The notes: a model not told the origin generated them from the letters alone. 64,000 nucleotides of DNA from Thermodesulfobacteriota bacterium (GCA_965202785.1 OZ241855.1:800001-864000), one strand, 5' to 3'. Positions 36,848 to 47,207 are shown, counted from the stretch's first letter. Translations and numbers: made by a program.

Positions 36848-38142
36848 TCTCAAGGTACTCCAGAGAGGAAATGTCGCGGATATGGTCGGATGAAAACCGC
36901 TACCGCATCTGGCTCAAGGTGGAGCTCGCCGTGTGCGAGGCGTGGGCGCATTACGGGGAGATTCCCGCTGATTCTCTCTCCAGCATAAAGGAAAAAGCCG
37001 CCTTTGACATAGAAAGAATCGCCGAGCTTGAAAGGGAACTTAAGCACGACGTTCTGGCTTTTCTCACCTGCGTTTCCGAGTACGTCGGAGACGATTCGAG
37101 ATTCATTCATCTCGGAATGACCTCTTCAGATGTTCTTGATACCACCTTTTCGATACAGCTTCGCGATGCGGGCGGGCTGATATCCGGGGGTCTTCAGAAG
37201 CTGCTCGGGATTCTCCGCAAAAAGGCGTTTGACTACAAGGATACTGCGATGATCGGGCGCTCCCACGGCATACACGCCGAACCTAGGACTCTGGGTCTGG
37301 TGTTTGCCCTGTGGTATGACGAGATGAGAAGGAATCTTGAGAGAATGAGTGCCGCGCGGGACGCTGTAAGCGTGGGGATGATGTCGGGTGCCGTCGGTAC
37401 CTACGCCAATATAACTCCAGGGGTTGAGCGTTACGCGTGCGAGCTGCTTGGGCTCCGTCCTGCGGGAATATCGACGCAGGTGATACAAAGAGACATTTAC
37501 GCGCAGTATTTTCTCTGTCTTTCTCTCATAGCGGCTTCGGTGGAGAAAATTGCTACAGAGATAAGACATTACCAGAGAACCGAGGTAGGAGAGATGGAGG
37601 AGCCCTTTACCGAGGGGCAGAAGGGATCTTCCGCAATGCCGCACAAGAGAAACCCTGTACTTTCGGAAAACCTCTGCGGACTCTCAAGGATAGTAAGATC
37701 CCACTCTGTCGCGGCCCTTGAAAACATAGCCCTCTGGCACGAAAGGGACATAAGCCACTCCTCCGTCGAGAGGGTCATAGGTCCCGACGGAACGATACTT
37801 GTTGATTTCATGCTTGAGAGGCTCTGCGGCCTGATCGAGGGCCTGCGGGTCTATCCCGACAAGCTCGAGAGCAACATCTGGATTACCCGGGGACTGGTTT
37901 TTTCCCAGAAGGTTCTGCTTAAGCTTGTAAAAAAGGGTCTTTCAAGGGAGGAGGCCTACTTGCTCGTGCAGCGAAACGCCACGGAGTGCTGGGAGGGGAA
38001 AAAGGATTTCCGGGATCTGCTGAAAACCGACTTGCAGATAACGGGTATTCTTTCGGATAAAGAGATCGATTCGTGTTTTGAACTTGAAGAAGATCTGAAA
38101 AACATAGACCATATCTTCGCCACCGTTTTCGGCGAGTCATAA
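36844..38142 (+). CDS. purB: adenylosuccinate lyase
   Basis: HLGMTSSDV, GRSHGIHAEP, SSAMPHKRNP, WHERDISHSS. Confidence 0.96.
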   Translation: MISRYSREEMSRIWSDENRYRIWLKVELAVCEAWAHYGEIPADSLSSIKEKAAFDIERIAELERELKHDVLAFLTCVSEYVGDDSRFIHLGMTSSDVLDTTFSIQLRDAGGLISGGLQKLLGILRKKAFDYKDTAMIGRSHGIHAEPRTLGLVFALWYDEMRRNLERMSAARDAVSVGMMSGAVGTYANITPGVERYACELLGLRPAGISTQVIQRDIYAQYFLCLSLIAASVEKIATEIRHYQRTEVGEMEEPFTEGQKGSSAMPHKRNPVLSENLCGLSRIVRSHSVAALENIALWHERDISHSSVERVIGPDGTILVDFMLERLCGLIEGLRVYPDKLESNIWITRGLVFSQKVLLKLVKKGLSREEAYLLVQRNATECWEGKKDFRDLLKTDLQITGILSDKEIDSCFELEEDLKNIDHIFATVFGES

Positions 38143-38163
38143 ATAGCAAGGAGTTTCCACAAA

Positions 38164-39207
38164 ATGAGAAAAGAAGTATTCGCCCCAAAGGCGAGAGGAT
38201 CTGTTTTTGCGACGGTTGTTTTAGCGATCCTGGCAACGGTTTTTCTTTCCCCCGCGAGCCTCTTTGCGCTCGATAACGTTGACCCCGGAAAACTTGAGTA
38301 CCACTTCAAGAACCGCTACGGGGTTTACCTTCCTGCCGGCTTTACGGTAAAGGTTGTTAAAGGGAAGGATTCTGAGATGAAAGGGTTCAAACAGGGCAGC
38401 TACGAAGTCGGATTTTCCGACGGCCAAAGCCGAAGCTTCCCGTTTCTTGTAAGTCGTGACGGGAATTTTTTGATAATGGGCAACGTGCCCACCATAAAAG
38501 TGGATGAGATGAAGGAAACGGGTGTCAAGGGAGTCAGGCAAGGGTTTATTGCCTCGGAAGGCGGACAGGTTCCGATTCTGGTTTCAGGCGACCGCAAAAC
38601 GATAATGGTCGGCAAGCTTGAGAATCTCGAAGATGATCCTGCAGCAGAGACCGCCCGGAAAATTTCTCTTGAGAATGTTCCTTCAAAAGGAGATCCCAAG
38701 GCTCAGGTAACCGTAGTTGAGTACTCGGATTTTCAATGCGGCTATTGCTCCAGGGCCGCAACCGGGGTCGCAGATTTGCTCAAGGATTACAAAGGCAAAG
38801 TCAGGGTTTTTTACAAGCAGTTCCCCCTTTCGTTTCACAAGTGGGCCGAGGATGCCTCGATCGCCTCTCTTTGCGTGTATGACCAGGCAAACGACAAATT
38901 CTGGGAGTTCCATGACGCCATTTTCGAAAAGCAGAGTGAAATAAAGGTTGCCGGCGCCAAGGAGACCTTTGCAGAAATGGCGCGCAACCTCGGGATCGAC
39001 ATGAAAAAATACGATGAGTGCGTTAAATCCGAGGAAACCAGGCGGAGGGTAGCTTCGGACATGAATGAAGGCAGGTCGATCGGGGTAAGCGGCACTCCGA
39101 CATTCGTGGTTGACGGCTTCGTGATCTCGGGAGGGGCTAACATGAAAGCGATTAGAAACGCCGTGGATTATCGACTCTCCCTGAAGCCTGAAAGTTCCGG
39201 GATGTAG
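38164..39207 (+). CDS. DsbA/DsbC-family thioredoxin-fold periplasmic protein
   Basis: Signal peptide; VEYSDFQCGYC; GVSGTPTF. Confidence 0.88.
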   Translation: MRKEVFAPKARGSVFATVVLAILATVFLSPASLFALDNVDPGKLEYHFKNRYGVYLPAGFTVKVVKGKDSEMKGFKQGSYEVGFSDGQSRSFPFLVSRDGNFLIMGNVPTIKVDEMKETGVKGVRQGFIASEGGQVPILVSGDRKTIMVGKLENLEDDPAAETARKISLENVPSKGDPKAQVTVVEYSDFQCGYCSRAATGVADLLKDYKGKVRVFYKQFPLSFHKWAEDASIASLCVYDQANDKFWEFHDAIFEKQSEIKVAGAKETFAEMARNLGIDMKKYDECVKSEETRRRVASDMNEGRSIGVSGTPTFVVDGFVISGGANMKAIRNAVDYRLSLKPESSGM

Positions 39208-39226
39208 CTTCGGCGGGGTTCCGACC

Positions 39227-40015
39227 ATGAAATGTCCTGAGTGCGGTTACACGAGCTTTGATTATCTTGAGGAGTGCAAGAAATGCGGGGCCGCCCTGTC
39301 TCCCGTACCTATTTTCAAGTATCTCTATGAAGACGAGTTGAGCACGGAGGTGATTATTGACAGGAGCGTGCAGCCTTTTGCCGAAGATGTTCTAGCCGGG
39401 GTCAAGACAGTCGGGACGACGTTTGAACTCAGCCCTGTGGGCGATCCTCGCGATGAAGGGTCTCCCGAGGACGAACTTGAGGATTTTCTTGCCTTTGAAA
39501 GAGATATGGGCGAGGAGGTCACGGAACAAGAAGAGCAGCAGGAAAAGGAAGAGCAGATAGAAAAAGAGAGTCCACCTCCCCTGCCCCACGGTATGGTTCC
39601 CGCGACCTCCGGGGAGAGGCTTTTCGCATTTTCCGTCGATCTTCTGTTTACTCTTTGCGTTGCCGCAGCCGCGCTTTTCTCGGGGGCGAATCTCATTGGA
39701 GAAACTTTTTTCCCGGGCTTCGGAGAATTTGTTTCCATATGGGGGTGGATATGTCTTTCTGCTTACGTGCTGGCAACCACATATTTCGTTTTTCTTCCCT
39801 CCTGGTGCGGAACGACTCTTGGAAACTCGGTTGCGGGTATCCGTGTGGTGATGCGGGATGGTTCTCCTGCCGGATTCCAGACGAATTTGCTCAGATGGGT
39901 CGGCTGGATTTTTTCTGTGACCACAGTTTTCACGGGTTTCGCGCTTTCGATGTTTGACCCGCAACGTAAGACTCTCAGCGACCGTCTCTGCGGAACTTTC
40001 GTCGTGAGGGCCTGA
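39227..40015 (+). CDS. RDD family protein with an N-terminal zinc ribbon
   Basis: CPECG...CKKCG; ERLFAFSVD; GIRVV; LSDRLCGTFVV. Confidence 0.85.
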   Translation: MKCPECGYTSFDYLEECKKCGAALSPVPIFKYLYEDELSTEVIIDRSVQPFAEDVLAGVKTVGTTFELSPVGDPRDEGSPEDELEDFLAFERDMGEEVTEQEEQQEKEEQIEKESPPPLPHGMVPATSGERLFAFSVDLLFTLCVAAAALFSGANLIGETFFPGFGEFVSIWGWICLSAYVLATTYFVFLPSWCGTTLGNSVAGIRVVMRDGSPAGFQTNLLRWVGWIFSVTTVFTGFALSMFDPQRKTLSDRLCGTFVVRA

Positions 40016-40026
40016 TCTGGCGTACT

Positions 40027-41247
40027 ATGCTTATAGAGCAGCTTGAAAGAACTATCGCTGGCAAACGCGGGGAGATTTCCCGCTGGATAGAGTTCCATTG
40101 CGAAAAGGTGATGGTACCGCTTTACAGCTCCGTTGACTTGCGTTTCTCCGATCATAAGATTGCCCCTATAGACACCAATGTTTTTCCCGCAGGCTTTAAC
40201 AACCTTTCTGCGGGATTCAGAAAAAACGCGGGAAAGCTCTTCAGGGAATATCTTTTTTCCAGGTACCCGAGCGCCGAAAAGATCCTTTTGGTTCCAGAGC
40301 TCAATACCAAAAACACCTACTACTGGGAAAATGTCTGGGTAATAAAGTCTGTTCTGGAGGACGAAGGCTACGAGGTGCGCGTCGGCATTGCGAACGAGGA
40401 ATTTCGAAGGGAGACTGTCTCGTTCAGTTCGGCAAGCGGGAAGGTGATCGAGGCGAAGCGGATTTTTCAGGAGGAAGGTTCGGCGATGATAGAGGGATTC
40501 GTGCCCGATATCGTGATGATAAACAACGATTTTTCTGAGAAGTGTCCGAAAACCCTGCACAATTTACGCCAGCCTGTTTTGCCGCCCGTTGAAATAGGAT
40601 GGCACGCGAGAAAAAAAGACGTGCATTTCGAGTTTTATAATCGTCTCAGCTGCGAACTTGCCGAAATACTGGAGGTTGACCCCTGGGTGATGTCGGTTGA
40701 AACCGTCTTGGAAAGCGGGGTGGATTTCGATTTTCCCGAGGACAGGGAGCGGGTTTCCGAAAGAGCCGGGGAAATTCTCTCAAGGGTGAGAGACGGGTAT
40801 TCCAAAAGAGACATAGACCACGAGCCCTCGCTTTTCGTCAAAAGCAATTCAGGTACCTACGGCATGGCTGTTGCGAGCGTCAGCGACCCGCAAAGCATAT
40901 TAGGGATGAACTCGCGCGACCGCAAGAGGATGCGGGTTTCGAAGGGAGGAGTGCCGGTTCGGGACGTGGTCATACAGGAGGGAGTGCCGACCTCGCTTCG
41001 CGTCGGGGACGATCTTGTCGGCGAACCGGTTGTTTACCTTGTTCAGTCTCAGGTGGCGGGAATGTTCTACAGGGTTAATCCCCTTCGAGGCGAACTTGAA
41101 AACCTCAATTCAAAGGGGATGGAGTTTCTGCCGTGCGAAGATTCCTTCGCAAACGGGATTCCTCCGGCGTTTGATCTTGTCTCCAAGGTTGCTACTATCG
41201 CCGCGGGCTACGAGATAGAAAAAGTCCTTAGGGACGTGGATTGCTGA
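40027..41247 (+). CDS. gshA: glutamate--cysteine ligase (ATP-grasp-type GshA family)
   Basis: PLYSSVDLR, APIDTNVFPAGFNNL, GTYGM, IQEGV, EPVVY, ENLNSKG. Confidence 0.85.
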   Translation: MLIEQLERTIAGKRGEISRWIEFHCEKVMVPLYSSVDLRFSDHKIAPIDTNVFPAGFNNLSAGFRKNAGKLFREYLFSRYPSAEKILLVPELNTKNTYYWENVWVIKSVLEDEGYEVRVGIANEEFRRETVSFSSASGKVIEAKRIFQEEGSAMIEGFVPDIVMINNDFSEKCPKTLHNLRQPVLPPVEIGWHARKKDVHFEFYNRLSCELAEILEVDPWVMSVETVLESGVDFDFPEDRERVSERAGEILSRVRDGYSKRDIDHEPSLFVKSNSGTYGMAVASVSDPQSILGMNSRDRKRMRVSKGGVPVRDVVIQEGVPTSLRVGDDLVGEPVVYLVQSQVAGMFYRVNPLRGELENLNSKGMEFLPCEDSFANGIPPAFDLVSKVATIAAGYEIEKVLRDVDC

Positions 41248-41248
41248 G

Positions 41249-42646
41249 ATGTGCGGAAAAAAACAGCTTCCGACCAGCGGACTCTCTCTTTTTTTCCTCA
41301 TCACGGGTCCTGTTCTCGGCGCAGTTCTTTTTCTCACGTTAAAATCCCTTGGCTGGGGGAGCGACGCGTGCTGGACCGCCGCGGTTTCCGCGGTATGCGC
41401 GGTATGGTGGATTTTTGAACCTGTGCCGATTCCGGTTACTTCTCTTCTGCCGTTTGCCCTGTTCCCCGTTCTGGGCGTTCTTTCTCCCAAGGAAATCAGC
41501 GAATCCTACGGGGCTCCACTCATACTGCTGCTTCTCGGGGGATTCATACTGTCGACGGCAATGGCGGGAAGCGGTGCGCACAGACGCCTGGCTCTTACCA
41601 TGGTTAATTTTTTCGGAGGGTCAAGTCCCCGCCGGCTGGTGTTTGGTTTCATGGCGGCCTCGGCGGTGCTGAGCATGTGGATTTCAAACACCGCCACAAC
41701 TCTTATGATGCTTCCCGTGGCCATAGCGGTACTGGAAAAAGCCAGGGATAGAGCCCTTACGGTGCCTCTTCTGCTTGGCATAGCGCACGCGGCGAGCGTC
41801 GGAGGCATAGGAACACCCATAGGAACTCCTCCTAACTTGGTGTTCAGCGAGATTTATTTCCAGAACACCGGAGTGGAAATCCCGTTTTTGACCTGGATGA
41901 GTTGGGGGATTCCGGTTGTCGTGATTTTCGTTCCGATAATAGGGCTCTATCTTACTCGTCATCTCACTGGTTCGGGTGGCTTTACCATGCCGGAAGTTGG
42001 GAAGTGGAGTTGTCACGAAGCGCGCGTACTGATCGTGTTCCTCCTCACAGCGGTTGCCTGGATGACGCGTAGCGAGCCGTTTGGCGGTTGGAAAACTTGG
42101 TTCGGTGTTCCGGGAGCGAATGACGCCAGTGTAGCGCTTGCGGCTGTCATAGTGATGTTCCTCGTGCCCAACGGCAAGGGGGGCAGGCTGCTTGACTGGG
42201 AAACGGCAAGCAAAATTCCCTGGGGGATGCTCATTTTGTTCGGAGGAGGCATAGCGATTGCAAAGGCTTTTATCGCGTCCGGGTTAAGCGTTGCGCTCGG
42301 CGAGGCCCTCTCCGGTCTTGGCGTTCTGCACATTGTTTTGATGCTGGCCGTTATTTGCCTTGCGATTACTTTTCTCACGGAACTCACAAGCAACACCGCG
42401 ACCACGACTTTGATGATGCCGATTCTCGCGGCTACCGCAATGGCGATGAATATCGAACCGGCACTGCTGATGGTGCCCGCGGCAATGAGCGCAAGCTGCG
42501 CGTTCATGCTTCCGGTTGCTACTGCTCCCAATGTGGTGGTGTTCAGCACGGGAGCCTTTCCGACAAAAGTAATGGCAAGAAATGGACTGGCCCTTAACTT
42601 TATCGGCGCGTTTATTATTACGGCCGTGTGCGCAATTATGCTTTAG
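41249..42646 (+). CDS. SLC13/DASS family permease
   Basis: LSMWISNTATT, GGIGTPIGTPPN, TELTSNTAT, ASCAFMLPVATAPN. Confidence 0.92.
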   Translation: MCGKKQLPTSGLSLFFLITGPVLGAVLFLTLKSLGWGSDACWTAAVSAVCAVWWIFEPVPIPVTSLLPFALFPVLGVLSPKEISESYGAPLILLLLGGFILSTAMAGSGAHRRLALTMVNFFGGSSPRRLVFGFMAASAVLSMWISNTATTLMMLPVAIAVLEKARDRALTVPLLLGIAHAASVGGIGTPIGTPPNLVFSEIYFQNTGVEIPFLTWMSWGIPVVVIFVPIIGLYLTRHLTGSGGFTMPEVGKWSCHEARVLIVFLLTAVAWMTRSEPFGGWKTWFGVPGANDASVALAAVIVMFLVPNGKGGRLLDWETASKIPWGMLILFGGGIAIAKAFIASGLSVALGEALSGLGVLHIVLMLAVICLAITFLTELTSNTATTTLMMPILAATAMAMNIEPALLMVPAAMSASCAFMLPVATAPNVVVFSTGAFPTKVMARNGLALNFIGAFIITAVCAIML

Positions 42647-42657
42647 GGAGGGAGAGC

Positions 42658-43002
42658 TTAGCGTGGTGGGTCAAACATATATTGTTTTAAGGAAGCATTA
42701 ACGGCATTTTTGTCCTTCTTCGATAAGTACCCTAGTTGCCGAACAACCATCGATTTCTCTAACGTAAAGAGTTTTAAGCGTACTATTGACGGTACGATTA
42801 AATTGGCTTCAGCGTAGTCCTTCAGTTTTATATCGCTTCGCCAAGAACTATGCTTAGCAGTCGTAATCATAGCTAAAATCAATTGATCGTGATTCTCGTT
42901 AAACTCTTCGGATGATATAACCAAAGCAGGCCTGCGCTTTTTGGTGGAGGAGTCAGTAAAGGGAAAAGAAACAACTACGATATCATGGGGTTTAAAGGTC
43001 AC
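42658..43002 (-). CDS. PemK/MazF family toxin
   Basis: DIVVVSFPFTDSSTKKRRPALVIS; GTG start overlapping the antitoxin end. Confidence 0.88.
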   Translation of the reverse strand: MTFKPHDIVVVSFPFTDSSTKKRRPALVISSEEFNENHDQLILAMITTAKHSSWRSDIKLKDYAEANLIVPSIVRLKLFTLEKSMVVRQLGYLSKKDKNAVNASLKQYMFDPPR

Positions 43003-43216
43003 TCCAAGCCTCTTCATCCTCGTCCGACAGCCATTCTTTAAGGTTTAAAGAAACGCTGTCCAAATAATCATCTTTAACAGATTTGAGCTTGGTTACAATC
43101 ACGCGATCTCCGTCTAATTCGAAAACAAGCTTGTCACCTGTTTTAAAATGTGCGGCCTTACGCAACGCGTGAGGAATAGTGACTTGGCCTTTTGAGGTGA
43201 TTTTAGAAATTTCCAT
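42992..43216 (-). CDS. AbrB/MazE family antitoxin
   Basis: SKITSKGQVTIP; C-terminal EWLSDEDEEAWSDL. Confidence 0.88.
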   Translation of the reverse strand: MEISKITSKGQVTIPHALRKAAHFKTGDKLVFELDGDRVIVTKLKSVKDDYLDSVSLNLKEWLSDEDEEAWSDL

Positions 43217-43227
43217 AACGGCATATC

Positions 43228-43243
43228 TCCTTACATGTAAGGA
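43228..43243. promoter_or_regulatory. perfect 16-bp palindrome, probable TA autoregulatory operator
   Basis: TCCTTACA|TGTAAGGA overlapping the antitoxin RBS. Confidence 0.65.
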
Positions 43244-43345
43244 TAACAAAAGAGTAAAAATATACAACAGTGTTGGAAAACAAATTAGCATGGGGCGGCA
43301 GGGGAGCAAGTTTGTCGCTACTGCTTCTGATCAAAATTGGATAAG

Positions 43346-44752
43346 TCATGCTATCTCTCTCAGTTGGATTGAATCTATACCGGCGGTTGTGATAACGTCG
43401 GATACGAGCACGACGCGGTCTCCCGGTTTTAATATCCGTTTTTGCTTCAGAAGCTCGAAGGCTTCTTCGGTCCTCTGTTCGGGATCTTCGGATTCGTCCA
43501 TGCAATGCGCGATTACGGCTCTGTTCAAGGACAACTGCCGTTTTATCCTGTCGTCGAAAGTTACCGCATGAATAGGTGTCTTGGCTGGCCTGCAGTTTGT
43601 TGTCAGCTGAGCCATCAATCCCTTTTTCGTTATTACAACTAGGCATTTGGCATCAATTGATTCGGCGAGCTCAACCGCTGAAGCCGCTATATGCTGCTTG
43701 AGATCTTGCTTAACAAGAAGCTTGCCCATCTGCAGACTTGTGAGACTTTCCGCCTTTAAGGCTATCTTGTCGAGATGTTCTATTGACCTTACGGGATATT
43801 TCCCGGTTGTTGTCTCACCCGAGAGCATGAGCGCGTCGATCTCCTCGTAGACCGCGTTTGAGATATCCGTTACTTCCGCCCGGGTAGGAATCGGGTTATC
43901 AATCATTGATTCAAGGAGATGGGTGGCGACTATGACTCTTTTGCCTTTTTCCTGGCATTTGCCGACTATCACTCTCTGCACGTCTGGCAGTTCCTCAATG
44001 CTTATCTCGATACCGAGGTCTCCCCTCGCAACCATTACCGCGTCCGATGCATCAACGATTTCCTCTACGTTGCGCACCCCTTGCTGGTCCTCGATTTTAG
44101 AGATGATTTTTATTCCTTCGCCTTTGGCCCCTAGGAGTGCCCTGAGATCCGAAACGTCCTGTGCTTCCCTGACAAAAGAAAGAGCTATGTAATCAACTTC
44201 GTTTCTTACTCCGAACTCTATGTCGGTCTTGTCCTTGTCCGTTATCGAAGGAAGATTGACCTTTACCCCGGGCAGATTGACGTGGCGTTTGCTTTTCATG
44301 GTTCCGCCGTCAATTACCTTGCATTTCATGGTTCCGTGGTCCTTCTCGAGCACCTGCAGGTTTATGAGACCGTTGTCCACGGTTATTTTCTCTCCTATCC
44401 GAACTTCGTTGATAATGTCCTCGTAGTTAATATGAATTGAAGATCCTTCAACGTCACCGGGCCTCACGGACACCGTAATTACATCTCCTTGGCTTATATG
44501 CAGGTCGCTTTGCAGAACCCCGGTTCTGATCTCCGGTCCCTGGGTGTCAAGTATCAGGGCGATTGAATCTTCGATTTCACTGTTGATGGATTTCACCGTG
44601 TTGATTACTTCAAGATGGCTTTCGTGAGTGCCGTGCGACATGTTGAGGCGCACGGCGTTCATGCCAGCCTTGTACATTTTCATCAGCATTTCGTACGAAC
44701 TTGTGGAGGGACCTACGGTGCAGATTATTTTTGTTTTTCTAAATGGTTTCAT
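43346..44752 (-). CDS. pyk: pyruvate kinase
   Basis: RKTKIICTVGP, RLNMSHG, LDTQGPEIR, MVARGDLG, MLSGET. Confidence 0.96.
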   Translation of the reverse strand: MKPFRKTKIICTVGPSTSSYEMLMKMYKAGMNAVRLNMSHGTHESHLEVINTVKSINSEIEDSIALILDTQGPEIRTGVLQSDLHISQGDVITVSVRPGDVEGSSIHINYEDIINEVRIGEKITVDNGLINLQVLEKDHGTMKCKVIDGGTMKSKRHVNLPGVKVNLPSITDKDKTDIEFGVRNEVDYIALSFVREAQDVSDLRALLGAKGEGIKIISKIEDQQGVRNVEEIVDASDAVMVARGDLGIEISIEELPDVQRVIVGKCQEKGKRVIVATHLLESMIDNPIPTRAEVTDISNAVYEEIDALMLSGETTTGKYPVRSIEHLDKIALKAESLTSLQMGKLLVKQDLKQHIAASAVELAESIDAKCLVVITKKGLMAQLTTNCRPAKTPIHAVTFDDRIKRQLSLNRAVIAHCMDESEDPEQRTEEAFELLKQKRILKPGDRVVLVSDVITTAGIDSIQLREIA

Positions 44753-44901
44753 AAACGGGGAAATATGTCGGTAAATTCAGAAAATGCAAAGTTCTTTTAC
44801 CCCCAAGCTAGTATATAGATCAAAGTGGCAGGGAGGGCGTGGCTTGCTGAAGTGCGTTCCAGTTATTTTCCGCCTGATTCCTTGTGAATACCTTTCTGCG
44901 G

Positions 44902-45257
44902 TTACTTGAGATGTTCTTTGGGGATATGACGAATAATATCTCTGGAGTCGTGAAGAACTCTGTTTATAACTATTTCATTTTCGTTCGGCAGGAAATAAAG
45001 AATGAAATGGCGAGGTTTTCTCACGGTTCCTTCGGCTCTGGCACGACTCAGCATTATGTGATAGCTGCGAATGTTTTTACTGATTTCAGGGCGGCTTTTA
45101 CTACCTAGCCGATAGGGGTTTCTCTTATGTTGCGAATGGCCTGCTTGAGAAGAGTCTCGTAAGAGTTAGCCGTATTGTGCCCGTGACGGTTAACCGTATA
45201 TTTACGAATATCGAGCAGGTCGGAACGGGCCGGTTCGGTGATCGTGATTTTACGCAT
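44902..45257 (-). pseudogene. parE: frameshifted ParE/RelE-family toxin
   Basis: Frame 1 reads MRKITITEPARSDLLDIRKYT...IRETPIG*. After a -1 shift near 45116-45122 it continues PYRLGSKSRPEISKNIRSYH...HFILYF...RVLHDSRD...*. Total 356 nt, consistent with a 1-bp deletion. Confidence 0.85.
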
Positions 45258-45273
45258 GGTCACCGAATCTCCA

Positions 45274-45552
45274 TCATGTTTCGGCTGCTTCCCGTGCTAT
45301 GTCGCTAAAAAACCGGTTCAAAGCAGCATCATCTTCAATAAGAAAAGTTTCCCCTCGACTGTAGGCTTCTTCTCCTACCTTAACTTCCCGACGCAATCCC
45401 TCGAGTTTAGCTTTTACTTCCTGTTCCTCTCGTTCCAAAAGATGCAGAGCCGCTCTGACAACCTCGCTGGCGTTTTTAAACCGACCGGAGTCTATCTGCC
45501 GGGTTAAAAATGCATCATAGCGGTCAGTCAGATTTATATTACGAGTAGGCAT
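45274..45552 (-). CDS. parD: ParD-family (RHH) antitoxin
   Basis: MPTRNINLT...IDSGRFKNASEVVRAALHLLE. Confidence 0.88.
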   Translation of the reverse strand: MPTRNINLTDRYDAFLTRQIDSGRFKNASEVVRAALHLLEREEQEVKAKLEGLRREVKVGEEAYSRGETFLIEDDAALNRFFSDIAREAAET

Positions 45553-45900
45553 GTGTCTATCTCCACGAAGCATAAAATACTCAAAAGAGGCGAAATTGTC
45601 AATTTTTGCCAATTATTGGATTTAAGTTTTTCGTGATGGGCAAGATATCATATGCTACCTTGATGAGATACATTCGGGATGCGGACTGTTTCAGCGATCA
45701 TGCGGGAGAAAAATTCCTGTGACTCGAGTTAGCACGGCTTTAGAAAGTTAAACCGGAGAGCTTAAATACAATTTCCGCTATTCGTTGAAACTCCCCGCGA
45801 TTTTCCGAGCAATTCAGCGCTTTTTTGACAGTGTGCCTGTTTTGTGATACTAAACTGCATTTTAACCTGACAAAGTCCTCGAGTTTCCCAAGACGAGACA

Positions 45901-47181
45901 ATGGAATACATACAGCATTTATCAGTAGAAAATTTCATTCTTTATCTTCTGATAATCCTTGTTTTCGCCAAGGCCTTCGGCCGGCTGGCAGAAAAAATCG
46001 GACAGCCCTCGGTTCTCGGGGAACTTCTCGCCGGGGTAGTTCTGAGTGCAGGAGTTCTGGCGCTTATTCCTTCTACGGAAGGCATGGTCGGATACGACGT
46101 ATTTCACCTGCTAGCTGAAATAGGGGTTGTTCTTCTTCTTTTCGAAATAGGTCTTGAGACCAGGATTGCGGACCTGATAAAAGTGGGCCCTGTCTCGGGG
46201 CTTGTGGCCATAGTCGGTGTGGTGCTTCCGTTTGTGCTTGGATATTTCAGCATAATTTATTTCCAGAAGTTCGCCATACTCAGCCTTGAAGCCAATATGG
46301 TAGGGCTCGTGGCCATAGTGACGGGAGCAACGCTTACCGCCACGAGCGTCGGAATCACGGCCAGGGTTCTAGCCGACCTTGACCGGCTCCAGACAAAAGA
46401 GGCAAGGATAGTTCTTACCGCCGCCATAATAGATGACGTGCTCGGGCTTATAATTCTCGGAGTCGTAAGCGGCATAGTGAGCTCTTTTGGATCAGATAGT
46501 GCGGGGGCGGCGGGAATTACCTTGAGTTCCGTGGCCTTTATAACCGCGAAGGCATTCGGTTTTCTTGCCGTTTCCATAGTTCTCGGCAGGATTATCGCTC
46601 CCAGAATTTTCGGGTTTTTCGCCCGGATCGACAGAAACAATCTCGTCTGGCTCATGGCAATAGCCTTCTGTTTTGTCTATGCCTACTGCTCAAATCTTTT
46701 TTCTCTAGCTCCCATAGTGGGGGCGTTTGCGGCCGGTCTGGTTCTTCGCGAAACGGATCAGTTCAAGACTATTGAAAATGGAATAAAGCCCGTTTCTCAC
46801 TTTTTCGCCCCGATATTTTTCGTGATGGTAGGGGCTGCCGTGGATGTTTCTGTATTTAACCCCTTTGTATCTGAAAATATTATGGTAATATCAATCGCTT
46901 TAATTCTTTTCGTGGTGGCGGTTGTAGGCAAGTACGTGAGCGGTTACGTGGTCTATGAAAAAGGCATAAGAAAAAGTATAATTGGCGTCGGAATGATCCC
47001 AAGAGGTGAGGTTGGGCTTATTTTCGCGAAGATCGGTCTTGTGCATGGCGTTTTCAAAACCGATCTTTTCTCCGCCGTCACGGCTATGGTAATACTGACA
47101 ACCTTTATAGTGCCCCCGCTTTTAAAATGGATGTTCGAAAGTGAGGACAAGGAGCGTAAGCTGGCCGAAAACACGGTCTAG
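45901..47181 (+). CDS. cation:proton antiporter (CPA2, Na+/H+)
   Basis: GQPSVLGELLAG, LFEIGLE, ATSVGIT, AAIIDDVLG, GMIPRGEVG. Confidence 0.92.
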   Translation: MEYIQHLSVENFILYLLIILVFAKAFGRLAEKIGQPSVLGELLAGVVLSAGVLALIPSTEGMVGYDVFHLLAEIGVVLLLFEIGLETRIADLIKVGPVSGLVAIVGVVLPFVLGYFSIIYFQKFAILSLEANMVGLVAIVTGATLTATSVGITARVLADLDRLQTKEARIVLTAAIIDDVLGLIILGVVSGIVSSFGSDSAGAAGITLSSVAFITAKAFGFLAVSIVLGRIIAPRIFGFFARIDRNNLVWLMAIAFCFVYAYCSNLFSLAPIVGAFAAGLVLRETDQFKTIENGIKPVSHFFAPIFFVMVGAAVDVSVFNPFVSENIMVISIALILFVVAVVGKYVSGYVVYEKGIRKSIIGVGMIPRGEVGLIFAKIGLVHGVFKTDLFSAVTAMVILTTFIVPPLLKWMFESEDKERKLAENTV

Positions 47182-47207
47182 CAAATAATCTTAAAGCTGG
47201 ATTAATC

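Noticed and set aside
45105-45125. Programmed -1 frameshift in parE
   Set aside because: The AAACCCC run is not phased as an X XXY YYZ slippery site in the zero frame; a simple deletion is more parsimonious
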